A DNA stretch of 64,000 nt, taken from the human T2T-CHM13v2.0 reference genome, Homo sapiens. Below are positions 33,041 to 46,129 of the stretch, piece after piece (positions within the stretch are counted from its first letter, which is position 1; every line of letters starts with the position of its first letter). The position numbers and the translations under genes are program-made. The DNA lies in assembly GCF_009914755.1 (NCBI RefSeq), contig NC_060933.1; one strand, given 5' to 3'. A model generated the notes under the pieces. The model was given only the letters and a program-made list of their open reading frames with translations, did no database searches and was not told the origin of the DNA.

Positions 33041-33496
33041 AAGCATTTAAATACTTAGAGCAGCTTTATTCATAATCACCAAAGGATGGAAACAATTCAA
33101 ATGCCCATCAACTGATGGATGGGTAAATAAAATGTGGTGTATCCTACAATGGATTATTATTTGGCAATAAAAAAGAATGAAGTGTTGACACACGGCATGA
33201 CATGGATGAGCCTTGAAAGCACGGCGCTAAGTTAAGCAGTTAGACACAAAGGCCACATTTCCTGTGATTTCATTGATATGAGATGTTCAGAACAGGCAAA
33301 TCCATATATATAGAGAGAGGGCAGATTAGTTGTTGCCAGGGACTGGCAGGAGGGCAGGATGGGGAGTGACTGCTAATGGGTAAGAAGTTTCTTTTGGGGG
33401 AGAAAAAAATATTCTGAAATTTGACAGTGGAAATGGTTGCACAGCTCTGTGAATAGACTAAAAACCATTGAGTTGTACACTTTAAAAGGGCGAATT

Positions 33497-33760
33497 GGAG
33501 GCGGGCAGATTGCTTGAGTCCAAGAGTTTGAGACCAGCCTGGACAACATGATGCACGGTGAAACCCTGTCTCTACAAAAAAACAAAACAAAACAAAACAA
33601 AAATAGCCAGATGTGGGGGAACATGCCTGTGGTCCCAGCTACTCAGGAGGCAGAGGTGGGAGGATCACTTGAGCCCGGGAGGTTGAGGCTGCAGGGAGCC
33701 GTGACAGCACCACTGCACTCCAGCCTGGGCGACAGAGTGAGACCTCATCTCAAAAAGAGG
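33497..33760 (+). mobile_element. 5'-truncated AluJ
   Basis: starts mid left arm; (CAAAA)n linker. Confidence 0.9.
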
Positions 33761-33800
33761 AAAAGGTTAATGTTATGGCGTATGAATAAGCAGTTATTCA

Positions 33801-34337
<537 letters not shown>

Positions 34338-34521
34338 CTAACTTGAACAAATCACCTGGGAAATGACCCTGATGAGAATATCTGGGAAATTAGATGATGC
34401 CATGGGTATCAGATGATCCCACGGAGAAGCCGGGATGAGAATCCCAGCCTACTGGATGCTGATCCCTGGCTCTCACCTCCTCGTGTCCCTGTGGACATGG
34501 TGGCTGCACCCAGCAGTTGAC

Positions 34522-34561
34522 GTGTGTGTGTGTGTGTGTGTGTGAGTGTGAGTGTGTGTGA
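34522..34561 (+). repeat. (GT)n microsatellite
   Basis: GTGTGT..GAGTGT run. Confidence 0.95.
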
Positions 34562-34639
34562 GCTGGGGAGGGTGAGTTCACCTCTCTGAGGCCAGCCGAG
34601 GCCCGTCCCGAGGTGAAAACTGTTTTCCTCTTGCAAGGG

Positions 34640-35010
34640 TACAGGACACTGGAATGTCCTTTGAGCTGGCCGCGGCCGTCACACAGGGCCTCAGTCCATG
34701 CCGAGCCCTCCACCTCTGCCCCAGGTCACCCTCTGCCCCCCTACTCCGGATGTCCAGGAGCCAGGCTCAGCAGCCCAGGCAGCTGGACAAAGGGGCCTTT
34801 GGAGGCTGGGCCAGGCCTGTGCCTCAGCTGTGGGCTGTGGCTGAGGCCACCACAGAAGGCTGCTTGTGGCCGGGCCGGGTGGCAGCCAGAAATAGGTCCC
34901 GCTGGGCGCTGACTCCTGCGGCCCCGCCCTGGGCTCGGCCTGGGAACGTGGGTATTTGTGGAGCTGATGGGAGGAGACCTTCATCAGGAAAGCGGGTCTA
35001 TTTTGGGGCT
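34640..35010. promoter_or_regulatory. candidate muscle-type enhancer
   Basis: TGGAATGT (MCAT) ~34650; CAGCTG at 34780 and 34825; MEF2-like CCAGAAATAG 34886 and CTATTTTGGG 34998; GC box 34921; CpG-enriched unique DNA. Confidence 0.4.
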
Positions 35011-35408
35011 TTTGGGAAGCGTGTTAAAAAAGGGGCCCCAGCCTTTAGCGTTTACCCTGAGCCCCTGCCTTTCATGCACAGGCTCCTGAGCCCCCGGGGT
35101 TGAAATCCTGGCTCTACCCGGCTAGCTGTGTGCCCTACGTGCTGTGTGGTCAGTCACCCCACTCTGAGCCTCGCTCTGCTCATCTGTGTGATGGGGACGA
35201 ATCTTGACAGCTCCTTCATGGAGAAGATGGGGGCACAGCACCTGGCACAGTCTGCGCTCACCAGGTGCCCGAGGTCATTGGGCTTCCCCTCCCCCTTCCT
35301 CGCCTTCCGCCCTGGCTGGGGGCTGCTCCTGCTGTTGAGGTCTCTCCCAGCCCCTGGGCTGGCTCTGCAGGGCCCTGGAAGGTGGTTTGGGGCACACACT
35401 AGCCTCAC

Positions 35409-35825
35409 CGTTGTTTAGGGGGATGGAAACGCAGAAGACCTGGCAGAGCCTTGCAAGCCCCTTGCAGCTGGGCGGCCCCTCCCCTCCCGGCTGGCTCCCT
35501 GGTTATCCACAGCCTCGCGGGCTCAGCCCTGGACCGCAGCCTCCGTCCTTCCATCATGCACCGGGGCCCTGCAGGACTCATGCTCAGCGCTGGCTGTGGG
35601 AGAAATTTCAGCCGCCTCCCCCGCGACTTCTGCGTCTGCTTGTCTTGGTGATGGAACTGCTGGCGGAGGAGCTCTGCGGGTTTAGGCCCGTGGTCCATGG
35701 GGAAATACAGACCAGGGTTCAAAGCCAGAGTCAGAGGGCGGCAGGGGGCCTTGGAGAGGGAGAGAGATAGGAGTCGTGTGTAGCCAGCTCTCCTGGAAGC
35801 CGGGGGCCAGGTCTCCCCCTCCCGG
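35409..35825 (-). other. candidate first exon of an unidentified minus-strand transcript (lncRNA or small ORF)
   Basis: lies downstream of TATAAAA (35855); CpG-rich; ends at donor ACG|GTGAGG; ATG at 35698 is open to the donor. Confidence 0.3.
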
Positions 35826-35880
35826 CCCCTGTGTGTCCTTGAAGCTATTTTTATATGTTGCTGGAAACCAGAATGACAGC
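35820..35880 (-). promoter_or_regulatory. candidate TATA/MEF2 composite core promoter
   Basis: minus strand ATATAAAAATAG (35856-35845); adjacent X-box-like GTTGCTGGAAAC (35857-35868) and MCAT-like CATTCT. Confidence 0.4.
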
Positions 35881-36168
35881 CAGAGCCAAAGCGCTAGGAG
35901 GTTTCCCGTGCACCATGGGTCTTGCCCAGGGGACCATGGGCCATTCCCAGCAGATTGATGGAGACAGTCCAGAAGCTCCACTGTGCGGATCGGGGAGCCT
36001 GGGTCCCCCATCCCTTACCAGCTTGGAGGTCACTGTTGGAAGATCCCTGGCTGGCACAAAAATGAGGAACAAGGACTTAGAGAAGCGATGGTGAGGCTGC
36101 AAGTGTTCTGGGGTCTTTGAGCCCTGCACGAAAATCCAGAATGCTCATGGAGTTCAAAACTCATTCAT

Positions 36169-36493
36169 GGCTGGGTGCAGTGGCTTCACACCTGTCAATC
36201 CCAGCACTTTGGGAGGCTGAGGCGGGTGGACTCCTTGAGTCCAGGAGTTCGAGACCAGTCTGGGCAACATAGTGAGATCCTCTCATCACTCCAAAAATAA
36301 AAAAAATTAGCTGGGTGTGGTGGCATGCACCTATAGTCTTAGCTACTTGGGAGGCTGAGGTGGGAGGATTGCTTGAGCCACAGGGAGGTCAAGGCTGCAG
36401 TGAGTGAGCTGAGATCACGCCATTGCACTCCAGCCTGGGCAACAGAGCGAGACTCTTTCTCAAAAAAAAAAAAATAAATAAATAAATAAAAAA
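36169..36493 (+). mobile_element. AluJ SINE
   Basis: full dimer; TSD AA(C/T)TCATTCAT. Confidence 0.94.
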
Positions 36494-37772
36494 GGAATTC
36501 ATTCATTCACCACTGACCTCTTTACTCATCACATATTTAAGCAGAATCTTATAGGTGCTGATGGGGGTGGGGGTCACCCACAAAACATCCAGGGCCCTGC
36601 TCTCAAGGCACTCACGAATCTGCCTGCTCCAGTCTCTGGCTCTGAACCCTCCCATGGCTCCCCATTGCCCATGGAGACAGTGGGATCTTTGTACTCTGAC
36701 AAGAGCAAGTCACAGAAATGTTGCCTGCTCACCTGCGCCTCATGAGAGAGCATCCTCACCTTGCCCATTGGGCTTTCCCCCACGCACCCCCTTTTTCCCA
36801 GTCTGGTCAGGATCTTTCAGGGGGCGACTGAGGGGACAGGACTGGGGCAGGATGGGAGAGGCTGAGATGCACACTTGCTGGGTGAGCTCTGTGCTGTTGT
36901 TTTTGGAGGGACTCTGGGAAAAACAGAAAGAAAACAAAGCACTGGAGTCACCCAGGCTAAGCTGGGTGGAATGAAGAAGAACCGAGTGAGCAGAAAGAGG
37001 GCAGGGGACTGCAAATGGGGAACTCGGGGGGTGGCATATAGTGCAAGGGTCCTGGAGGGAGAGGTGACGGGGCTGAGAAGTCCTGCTGAGGGGTATAAAT
37101 TGGACTCTCCTTAGTGTGACACAAAAAATATTGAAAGTCCCTATAAAGAATGTTGGGTTGCTGCCCCGAGCTGCTTTAGTGAGACTCTGCAGAGATGGGG
37201 CCACATGGGCCCCGGAGTTACTCGAGTTACATCTGGATGGCTTGCAGGGCTTTCCATGATCTGTGGCCCGCCCAGCTCTTCAGCTTTACTGCTCATCTTC
37301 TTGCCTTTTGCCTCCCCTAAATCCTCATCTAGATTCCACCTTCCAGCCTGACCTGGTTCTTCTGACCTCCCTGAGAGCATCTTGCTTCCTGCTTCCCACA
37401 GCCTTATGGTAACAACTGCCTGGGACCTGTCTCCACCCCCATCCCGTGGCTCTTGTCTGCTGGGCCCCAATTCTCCTTCCTTGGTCACCTGTTTGAAACG
37501 CACAGACTGACTATTCCTCTCTTGCTTCCTACTGTGGTATCATTTTTAGTTCCACCTTAAAAAGAAGAATATGAAATTAGTGCACAGGTAAATTTTCCTA
37601 GCCTGTTCTTAGAATAATCCAAAGAAAAAACCCAGAATATCCAGGGAAGTGAGTTTGGCTGGTCACTTTGTCTTGCTGGTTCACAATGAAACATAGTGAT
37701 TCATTCATTAAACAAAAATCATTTAGTTTGGGGCCAGTGACATAAATATACTTAGTGGAACTCAAGCCTCTA

Positions 37773-38003
37773 TAATCCCAACCCTAACCCCCAAACCAAA
37801 TCTAAACCCAGTTCTAGCCCCAATACCAACCACAATCTTAAAGCCAACCCTAATCCCAAACCCATGCTAACTCCAATCCTAACCTCAACCCTAAATCCAA
37901 TCCCAAGCCTAACCGAAACACCAAAACCAACTCTAACCCCAACCCAACTCTAAACCTAACCGAAAACTCAACTCTAACCCCAGATCCAACCCTAATTCTA
38001 ATC
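37773..38003 (+). repeat. degenerate (CCCTAA)n telomere-like hexamer tract
   Basis: 6-nt periodic CCCTAA/CCCCAA/CTCTAA/TCCCAA units. Confidence 0.8.
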
Positions 38004-38017
38004 TTCCTGTTAAAAGT

Positions 38018-38424
<407 letters not shown>

Positions 38425-38599
38425 TGATTCTAGATTGTCCAGTGCCTTCAGATTGGAACAGGTAGAAGGTGAGTGAAACTGGATTGAATATAAGCCCAAT
38501 CCCGGGAATCACTTTGAAAAACAGGGGTGTGTATTTTAGTTTAAGTCCCCAGGAGCCTATTTTGTGGCCATTTTCGAAAATCAAGATCCTTAGTGTGAC

Positions 38600-39085
38600 C
38601 CTATCTAACTGGCCTTCCATAGACGCCTCCCTTGCCGGCTTCTGGACCACACAGACATTGTCCTTGCACGCATGCCCAAGCTCCTTCTGGCCTCCAGGCT
38701 CAGAGCACCCACACGCTGTTCCCTTTGCCTGAAATTCTTTTCCTCCACTCCTCACCAGGCTAACTCTGGCTCAGTCCTCAGGTCCCTCTTAAAGGTCACC
38801 TCCTCAGGGAGGCCTGCCCTGCCTGCCCCTCCCCCAGCTCCTTTTTATTTCCTACGTGCTCATGGCTCATGAGTTTTCCTTTCAGGGCATTTATGGATAT
38901 TTGTGGCTGCGTGTTTGTTTGCCTGTTTATTTCTTTAACGTCTGTCTCCCCAGCCAGACGGTGACCTCTTTCAGGACAGGAATGTTTTGTTCACAGTTGT
39001 AGCCTGGGTATCTAGCACAGTGCCTGGCACACAGCAGACTTACAGAAAACTGTTGAATGAATGAATGAATGAGTGAATGAATGAA
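38600..39085 (+). mobile_element. L2 3' end
   Basis: GTCACCTCCTCAGGGAGGCCT..TCTAGCACAGTGCCTGGCACACAG..(TGAA)n tail. Confidence 0.85.
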
Positions 39086-39879
39086 GGAGTGCATTTCCCA
39101 CTTCTTCCTAAAAGTGAAACAGATTTCAGCTCATTGAAACTCCTGGCTAGGGGGTATTTGTTGGTCTCAGGCCCTGCTCTGGGCCCTGGGGAAGCCAGGT
39201 AAGAGGGACGCGGTCTCTCGGTGCAGCCATCTGTTTCTGCCTCCATTGAACTCTCTCAGGCTTACTTAGAAACAGAGGTTTTTGAGAATCCATTTTCTCA
39301 TTTCAGATTCTCCTCCACGTGGAGTGGGAAGTCGGCAGGTATCATCTCCACTGCTTCACAAGATGCTTTTTCCCAGAGAGGCAAAAACGCCCGTGAGGGT
39401 GACCCGGCTGGGAGGCAAACCCTGTCCTGCCCCCAGCTCTTGGCACTGTAACTTTCTTTCTGCCCCTGCACCCAGAAATGCTCATCTGTGTCTACCTCCG
39501 GGAACTCAGCAGCCTGGATGCTGCATGAGACCCTGAGGGACTGCAGTACCATCTTCCCAGTTTGTCGACAGGCACGTTGAGGCAGGTACTGGGATCAGGC
39601 TTGGGCAAATGAGCCTCTGAGAGGGTGGATCCTTCACTTACGAATGAGGTCCTTCTTTCCATAGGAGCAGGAAAAAGGCCGTTTGTCATAAGGGTCACTG
39701 CTGTTACTGGTCACCTCTGGGTGCGAGTCCTGGGCTAATCGCATATCTTGCGGGACCCTGACAACTCCCCCATTTATCAGATGAGGCAAAGCAAGGCTCA
39801 GTCACTTGCACAACGCATATCGCTAGTAAGCGTTGCTGGTGGGATCACACTCAGCACTTCATAGGCAAAGAAAATCCCA

Positions 39880-40470
39880 GGAGTGCCGAGGAAACGCTGT
39901 CAAGATGTCAAAAATACGCGGTAAGACGTCAGCCCGGTGAGCATCCTCCGCACTGCGGACCGCCCGGGGTCGGGGTCACCCGGGCCCCGCCCCGAGCTTG
40001 CTGACGTATCGGCCCCGCCCCACCCACGCCCTCCCGGCCCCTCCTGCTCCGGGCGCGCTCGGCTCCGCCCCCACGGGCAACACGGCCTCCCATTGGCCGC
40101 GGTTTCCATGGTTACGCGGGCCGGCGGAGCTGCGGGCTCCCAGACACGTGTCCCCGGGAGCCGCCCAGAATTTGACAGGGGACCATGTGCGCGGCAGCGC
40201 GGGAGCGAGACAAAGGACCGGGGGAGGCGGGGAACGAAGCCGGGCGGAGGGGTCCGCGTGGCCCGGGCGGGGATGGGCCCCGCGCTTCTCCTGCGAGCAG
40301 GGCACCCCCTCTTCCTTTTTATTTTGAAGGAAAGGGAAAAAAGGAATTGCTACGGAAAGAGAGGTGGGAGAGGAACCCAGTCAATTTCACCTGCTCCCCT
40401 TCCTCCAGGAAGAATCGGGTACGCGGGCATCTGAGAACCCGCAGGGTTTCTGCTTATGCCTCCCGGCCCT
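39880..40470. promoter_or_regulatory. CpG island promoter
   Basis: highest non-repeat CpG density in the window; GC boxes 39983, 40011, 40061; CRE-like GACGTCA 39925 and TGACGT 40002; ATTGG 40092; X-box GTTTCCATGGTTAC 40102-40115; GACACGTGTC 40143. Confidence 0.8.
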
Positions 40471-40868
40471 GAGTTTCTAACCCCACATTGACCTCAGACC
40501 TTGAGGTTTAAATTCTGTTTCTCTGTCTTGTTCTAGAACCGAAAGCTTAATAAGTGTGGTTGTTTTGATATTCGAATCATGAGACCCAAGGCATCGTAGG
40601 GGACCTCGCCTGCATCCATTCGCCTATCCATCCTACAGCAGCGACTGCACCCCTGATTGTGATGACGAATGCACCCCCATCCTTGGGCTCCGTGCCCACT
40701 GCTGGGCTGGGCTGCTCCCTCAGGTGCGGCAGCCAGAGGAGGTGTGGACTCCCATCCCACGCGTTTATCCTCCTGCAGCCTCTCGAGCTTGGTGGCATAG
40801 CCGTCCTTCCAGTCCCCAAGCCAGATGTCCTTGATGCCCCTTCTCCCAGCCCCATCCCCATCGCCAGT

Positions 40869-41366
40869 TGTATCAGTTTTCTATTGCTACTGTAACAACT
40901 CACTACAAATTGAGTGGCTTAAAACAACACACATCTACTCTCTTACAGTTCTATAGGTCAGAAATCTGACATGGTCTCAGAGGGCTAAATTCAAGGTGTC
41001 TGCAGGACAGTGTTCCTGCTGGAGGCTCTTGAGGGAGAATCGGTTTCCTTGCCTTTTCCAAGTATAGAGGCCGCCCACATTGGCCCCCTTCCGTCTTCAA
41101 AGCCAGCAATAGCTCCGAGTCTTTCCTCCCTAGCATCGCTGTGACGCTGACTCTCCTGCCTCCCTCTTCCACATTTAAGAACCTTGTGATTACATTGGTC
41201 CTCCCAGATAATCCAGAATAATCTCCCCATCGCAAAATCAGCTGATTAGCAACCTCAATTCCACCTGCAACCTTAATTCTCCCCTGTCATGAAATATAAG
41301 AAGGAGATCCATATGTTCCGGGGATTGGGATGCAGACATTTTGGAGGCATTGTTCTGCCGACCACG
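40869..41366 (-). mobile_element. MLT1D-like MaLR solo LTR
   Basis: TGTATCAGTTTTCTATTGCTACTGTAACAA..CAGATAATCCAGAATAATCTCCCCATC..TTCTGCCGACCAC. Confidence 0.88.
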
Positions 41367-41559
41367 CCATCCTGACAGTTTTACCTCTGGAATCTCTGCA
41401 GTCCACCTCCGCCTCGCCATTCCTGCACCACTCCCTTTCTGGTTACCCGCTATTTTCCCAAGATGCCTTCAGTAGCACCTATCCACTGTTGTCATCTCTC
41501 TAACCTCCCTCTGTCCACAGTCCCCTGGGCCCCCACTCCAAGACAAAGATGCAGATGTC

Positions 41560-42040
41560 GCTACTTCCATGGCACTGTCATCTGCAAGGGAGCATCCTAA
41601 CTCTCCTTGGGCACACACAGGCCCTCAACCTGCCCTACCCCATTGGTTCCTCCGGATCCATGACCCCTCCCACCCTCCGCCTCACACCCCTGTGCTCCCT
41701 TAATAGTAAATCACTTCTGGTTCTCTTAAGATCCCGGGGCATTTGGTTCTTCCTGGCCTTGGCCTGTGTGGCTCCCATTCTCTGAACTGTCCTGCCCACC
41801 TTTATTCGCCTCCCCCAGGAAGCCTCCCTGAACCCCCAGACCCTTTCATTGCCCTCCCTTGGAACAGAAATGTGCTTTTCACTGACTGGATTGGCCCAAA
41901 GAGATCTGAACTTGAGGCTGCCTCCTCATGTCACTGAGAGCCCTCTGGGGTGGGCACTGTGCCTTGCTTGCCTCTTTGGTCATAGTGCCCAGCATGAGAT
42001 TGGTCACATAGTAGGTGCTCAACGAACTCAGATTGAACTA
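41560..42040 (+). mobile_element. L2 3' end
   Basis: CCTCCCCCAGGAAGCCTCCCTGA..GTCACATAGTAGGTGCTCAA. Confidence 0.7.
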
Positions 42041-42349
42041 AACTTAAGGACTTGGTCGGGGGGTGGTGGTGGTGAGAAGACCAGCTGGGCTGCTTGGGGA
42101 AGTAAAGTATAAAGTTGGATGGAAAAGCACGAGGACCTTGGCTCTATTTCTGGTTCTTGGGGTGGAATAATAATGACAGCAACACCAATGGTGGCTGGCC
42201 CCAAAGGTCGTCCCGTGCCAGGCATAGGCTAAGTGCTTTATGAGAACATTATCAATCAATTCCCACAACAGCCTTAAGAGGTACCAACTTTATCAGCATC
42301 CCCATTTTAGAGATGAGGGCCCTGAGGCTGGGCCAGGAAGTTATCTTGA

Positions 42350-42919
<570 letters not shown>

Positions 42920-42929
42920 TAAGAAGGGC

Positions 42930-43125
42930 CGCCGGGAATGAGTGTCTCACGGGGACAGAGTGTGCGTTTGGGAAGATGAGACGGTTGTGGAGATGGATGG
43001 TGGGGATGGTTACACAACAACGTGAATATGCTTAAAGCCACGTTCACGGAACACGTACAAATGACTAAAATGGTAACTTTCTGGTATGGATATTTTACCA
43101 CAATAAAAAAAAATGCTAAAAAAAT
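42930..43125 (+). mobile_element. L1MB 3' end
   Basis: TGGAGATGGATGGTGGGGATGGTTACACAACAACGTGAAT..TATTTTACCACAATAAAAAA. Confidence 0.8.
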
Positions 43126-43739
43126 TGTAAAGAAAAAGTGCTTTGTGTTTGCCGAACTTTTGAGGATGGGCCGCCCACTGCACATTTGCCGTTTCCCAAG
43201 CGCCTCCCACGGGCCAGGCCACGCACTTCCTCCTTTCATTCTGGAAACAAGCTTGAGGAGAGAGGTGGCGTCCTCCTTGTAGACGAGACTGAGGTTCAGA
43301 GCCTGGCAGGGGCGAGGCTGTCTTTGCAAACCCGACAGGCCTCTCTCTGGTTCTAAGGAGCACGGCAGGGACGGGGTAGGAATTTGGGCTCAAAATGGGC
43401 CTCTGGGCTGCGGAATCTTGAGCAAATTGCTTCCCATCACTGATCTTCCTCTTCTGACTATTGGGGACAATAATAGTGTCCTCCCTCGTGCAGGGGGAGG
43501 ATTTGCTGAGATGTCGGAAGGTCCTAGCACAGCATCTTGGCCACCATCAAAAATAAAATTCTCCCCAGAGCTCTCCACGATGCCTCCCTTGCTGTCCAGA
43601 GGACAGAGGGCTGGAGGTAAGGTCAGGAGACCCGTGTCAGGGTCTCAGCCCTGAGGCTGACTTTGTCTGTGACCTTGGGGAAGTCCCCTGCCTTCCCTGG
43701 TCCTCAGGCTGCCCTCTGTAAAGTTAGGAGAGTGGGTAG

Positions 43740-44445
<706 letters not shown>

Positions 44446-44981
44446 TAAGTTTCAGGATCTCAGAGACACGCTTCCTTTTGCCTGTCTCTTCTACCGTCTC
44501 CACAGGACTGGGCCAGGGGGGCGCTCCCGAGATATCCCACAGTTTTAGAGGGCCATTTAACTAGGATCCTGGACGCTGGGAGCAAGAAAAAGAGAAAAAT
44601 GGTGATTCCAAACTATAGGCTTCTGGAGGAAGAACACGTGCAGGGGAAGGCAGGCAAGGTCAGCACTCTGGGGGCTCCAGCAGATGCCAGGATGGTGCAC
44701 ACCGAATTCCTGGCACACGGGGGCTTAGTGACAGGACCTGGGCTATGGTGGTCACTGATAAATCATAATATTAAGAAACTCTAATGGGACATCCACAGGT
44801 GCTGGATGGAGAAAGGTAAGCATTTGGAGACATTTGACCACGATGATAATTTTCACACTAGGTGATGTTTTAGGGGTGATCACTGCATTTGAGGCACTGT
44901 GCTGAGCACTGACAGTCAAATTTCGTTTACATCTTAGAATGAGGCAGAGACTGTTGGCTTCTGCATTTTACAGATGGAGGC

Positions 44982-45390
44982 TGTATTAGTCTGTTCTCAC
45001 ATTGCTATAAAGAACTACCTGAGACTGGGTAATTTATAAAGAAAAGAGGTTTAATTGGCTCATGGTTCTGGGTAATTTACAAAGAAAAGAGGTTTAATTG
45101 GCTCATGATTCTGAAGGCTATATAGGAAGCATGGCTGGGGAGGCCTCAGGAAACTTACAGTAATGGTGGGAGGCGAAGGGGAAGCAGGCACACTTACCTG
45201 ACTGGAGAGGGGAGTGGTACTGCCTACTTTTAAACAACCAGATCTTGTGAGAACTCACTCACTCTCATGAGAACAGCAATGAGGAGGTCAGCCCCATGAT
45301 CCAAACACCCTCCACCAGGTCCCTCCTCCAGCACTGGGGATTACAATTTGACATGAGATTTGGGTGGGGACAGAAATCCAAACCGTATCA
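44982..45390 (-). mobile_element. MSTA-like MaLR solo LTR inserted in a MIR
   Basis: TGTATTAGTCTGTTCTCAC...CCAAACCGTATCA; TSD GAG(G/A)C; MIR core on both sides. Confidence 0.9.
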
Positions 45391-45440
45391 GAGACACTAA
45401 GGCTTCGGGGAAGCTGTGCCCAAGGTCACACAGCTGGTAA

Positions 45441-45676
45441 TGATGCAGGGCAGGTGAGCCCCCAGATTGGGGCTTAGCCCTGGAGGGTTCTTGGCTTTGC
45501 CCAGGAAAGAATTCAAGGGTGAGCCGCTGGCATTAGGCAGCAGCTTGTATTGAGAAGGCTGTGCACAGCGGCAGCAGAGGTTCTGCTCTTAGTGGAACAG
45601 GGCTCTCCCATGGGCAGTGTGCCCAGAGTAGCAGCTCAGAGGCCGTTCTGCACTCATATTTATTATACCCACTTTT
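45441..45676 (-). mobile_element. LTR19-like ERV1 LTR, 3' half only
   Basis: reverse-complement homology to ~53310-53542 (TGATGCAGGGCAGGTGAGCCCC..GGGTTCTTGGCTT..ATACCCACTTTT). Confidence 0.75.
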
Positions 45677-46121
45677 ATTTTATTTTATTTTACTTATTTT
45701 AAGGTGGAGTCTCGCTCTGTCACCCAGTCTGGAGTGAAGTGGCACGATCTTGGCTCACTGCAACCTCCACCTCCCGGGTTCCGGTGATTCTCTTGCCTCA
45801 GCCTCCTGAGTAGCTGGGATTACAAGCACCCATCACCACACCCAGCTAACTTTTGTATCTTTAGTAAAGATGGGGTTTCACCATGTTGGCCAGGCTGGTT
45901 TCGAACTCCTGACCTCAGGTGATCTGCCGGTCTTTGGCTTCCCAAAGTGCTGGGATTACAGGTGCGTGCCACCATGCCAGGTTAATTTTTGTTTTTTTTT
46001 TTAGTAGAGATGGGCTTTCACTATGCTGCTCAGGCTGGTCTCAAACTCCTGGCCTCAAGTGATCTGTCTGCCTCAGCCTCCCAAAGTGCTGGGATTACAG
46101 GCATGAGCCGTTGTGCCCGGC
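45677..46121 (-). mobile_element. chimeric three-arm Alu
   Basis: right arm, then a left arm that switches to right-arm sequence at GCTGGGATTACAGG (~45950-45962), then linker and a second left arm. Confidence 0.88.
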
Positions 46122-46129
46122 TTCGGTTA

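Noticed and set aside
40185-40472. 95-aa ORF with ACCATG context in the CpG island
   Set aside because: ORFs of this length are expected in stop-poor GC-rich DNA; no recognisable protein; needs Ribo-seq to support.
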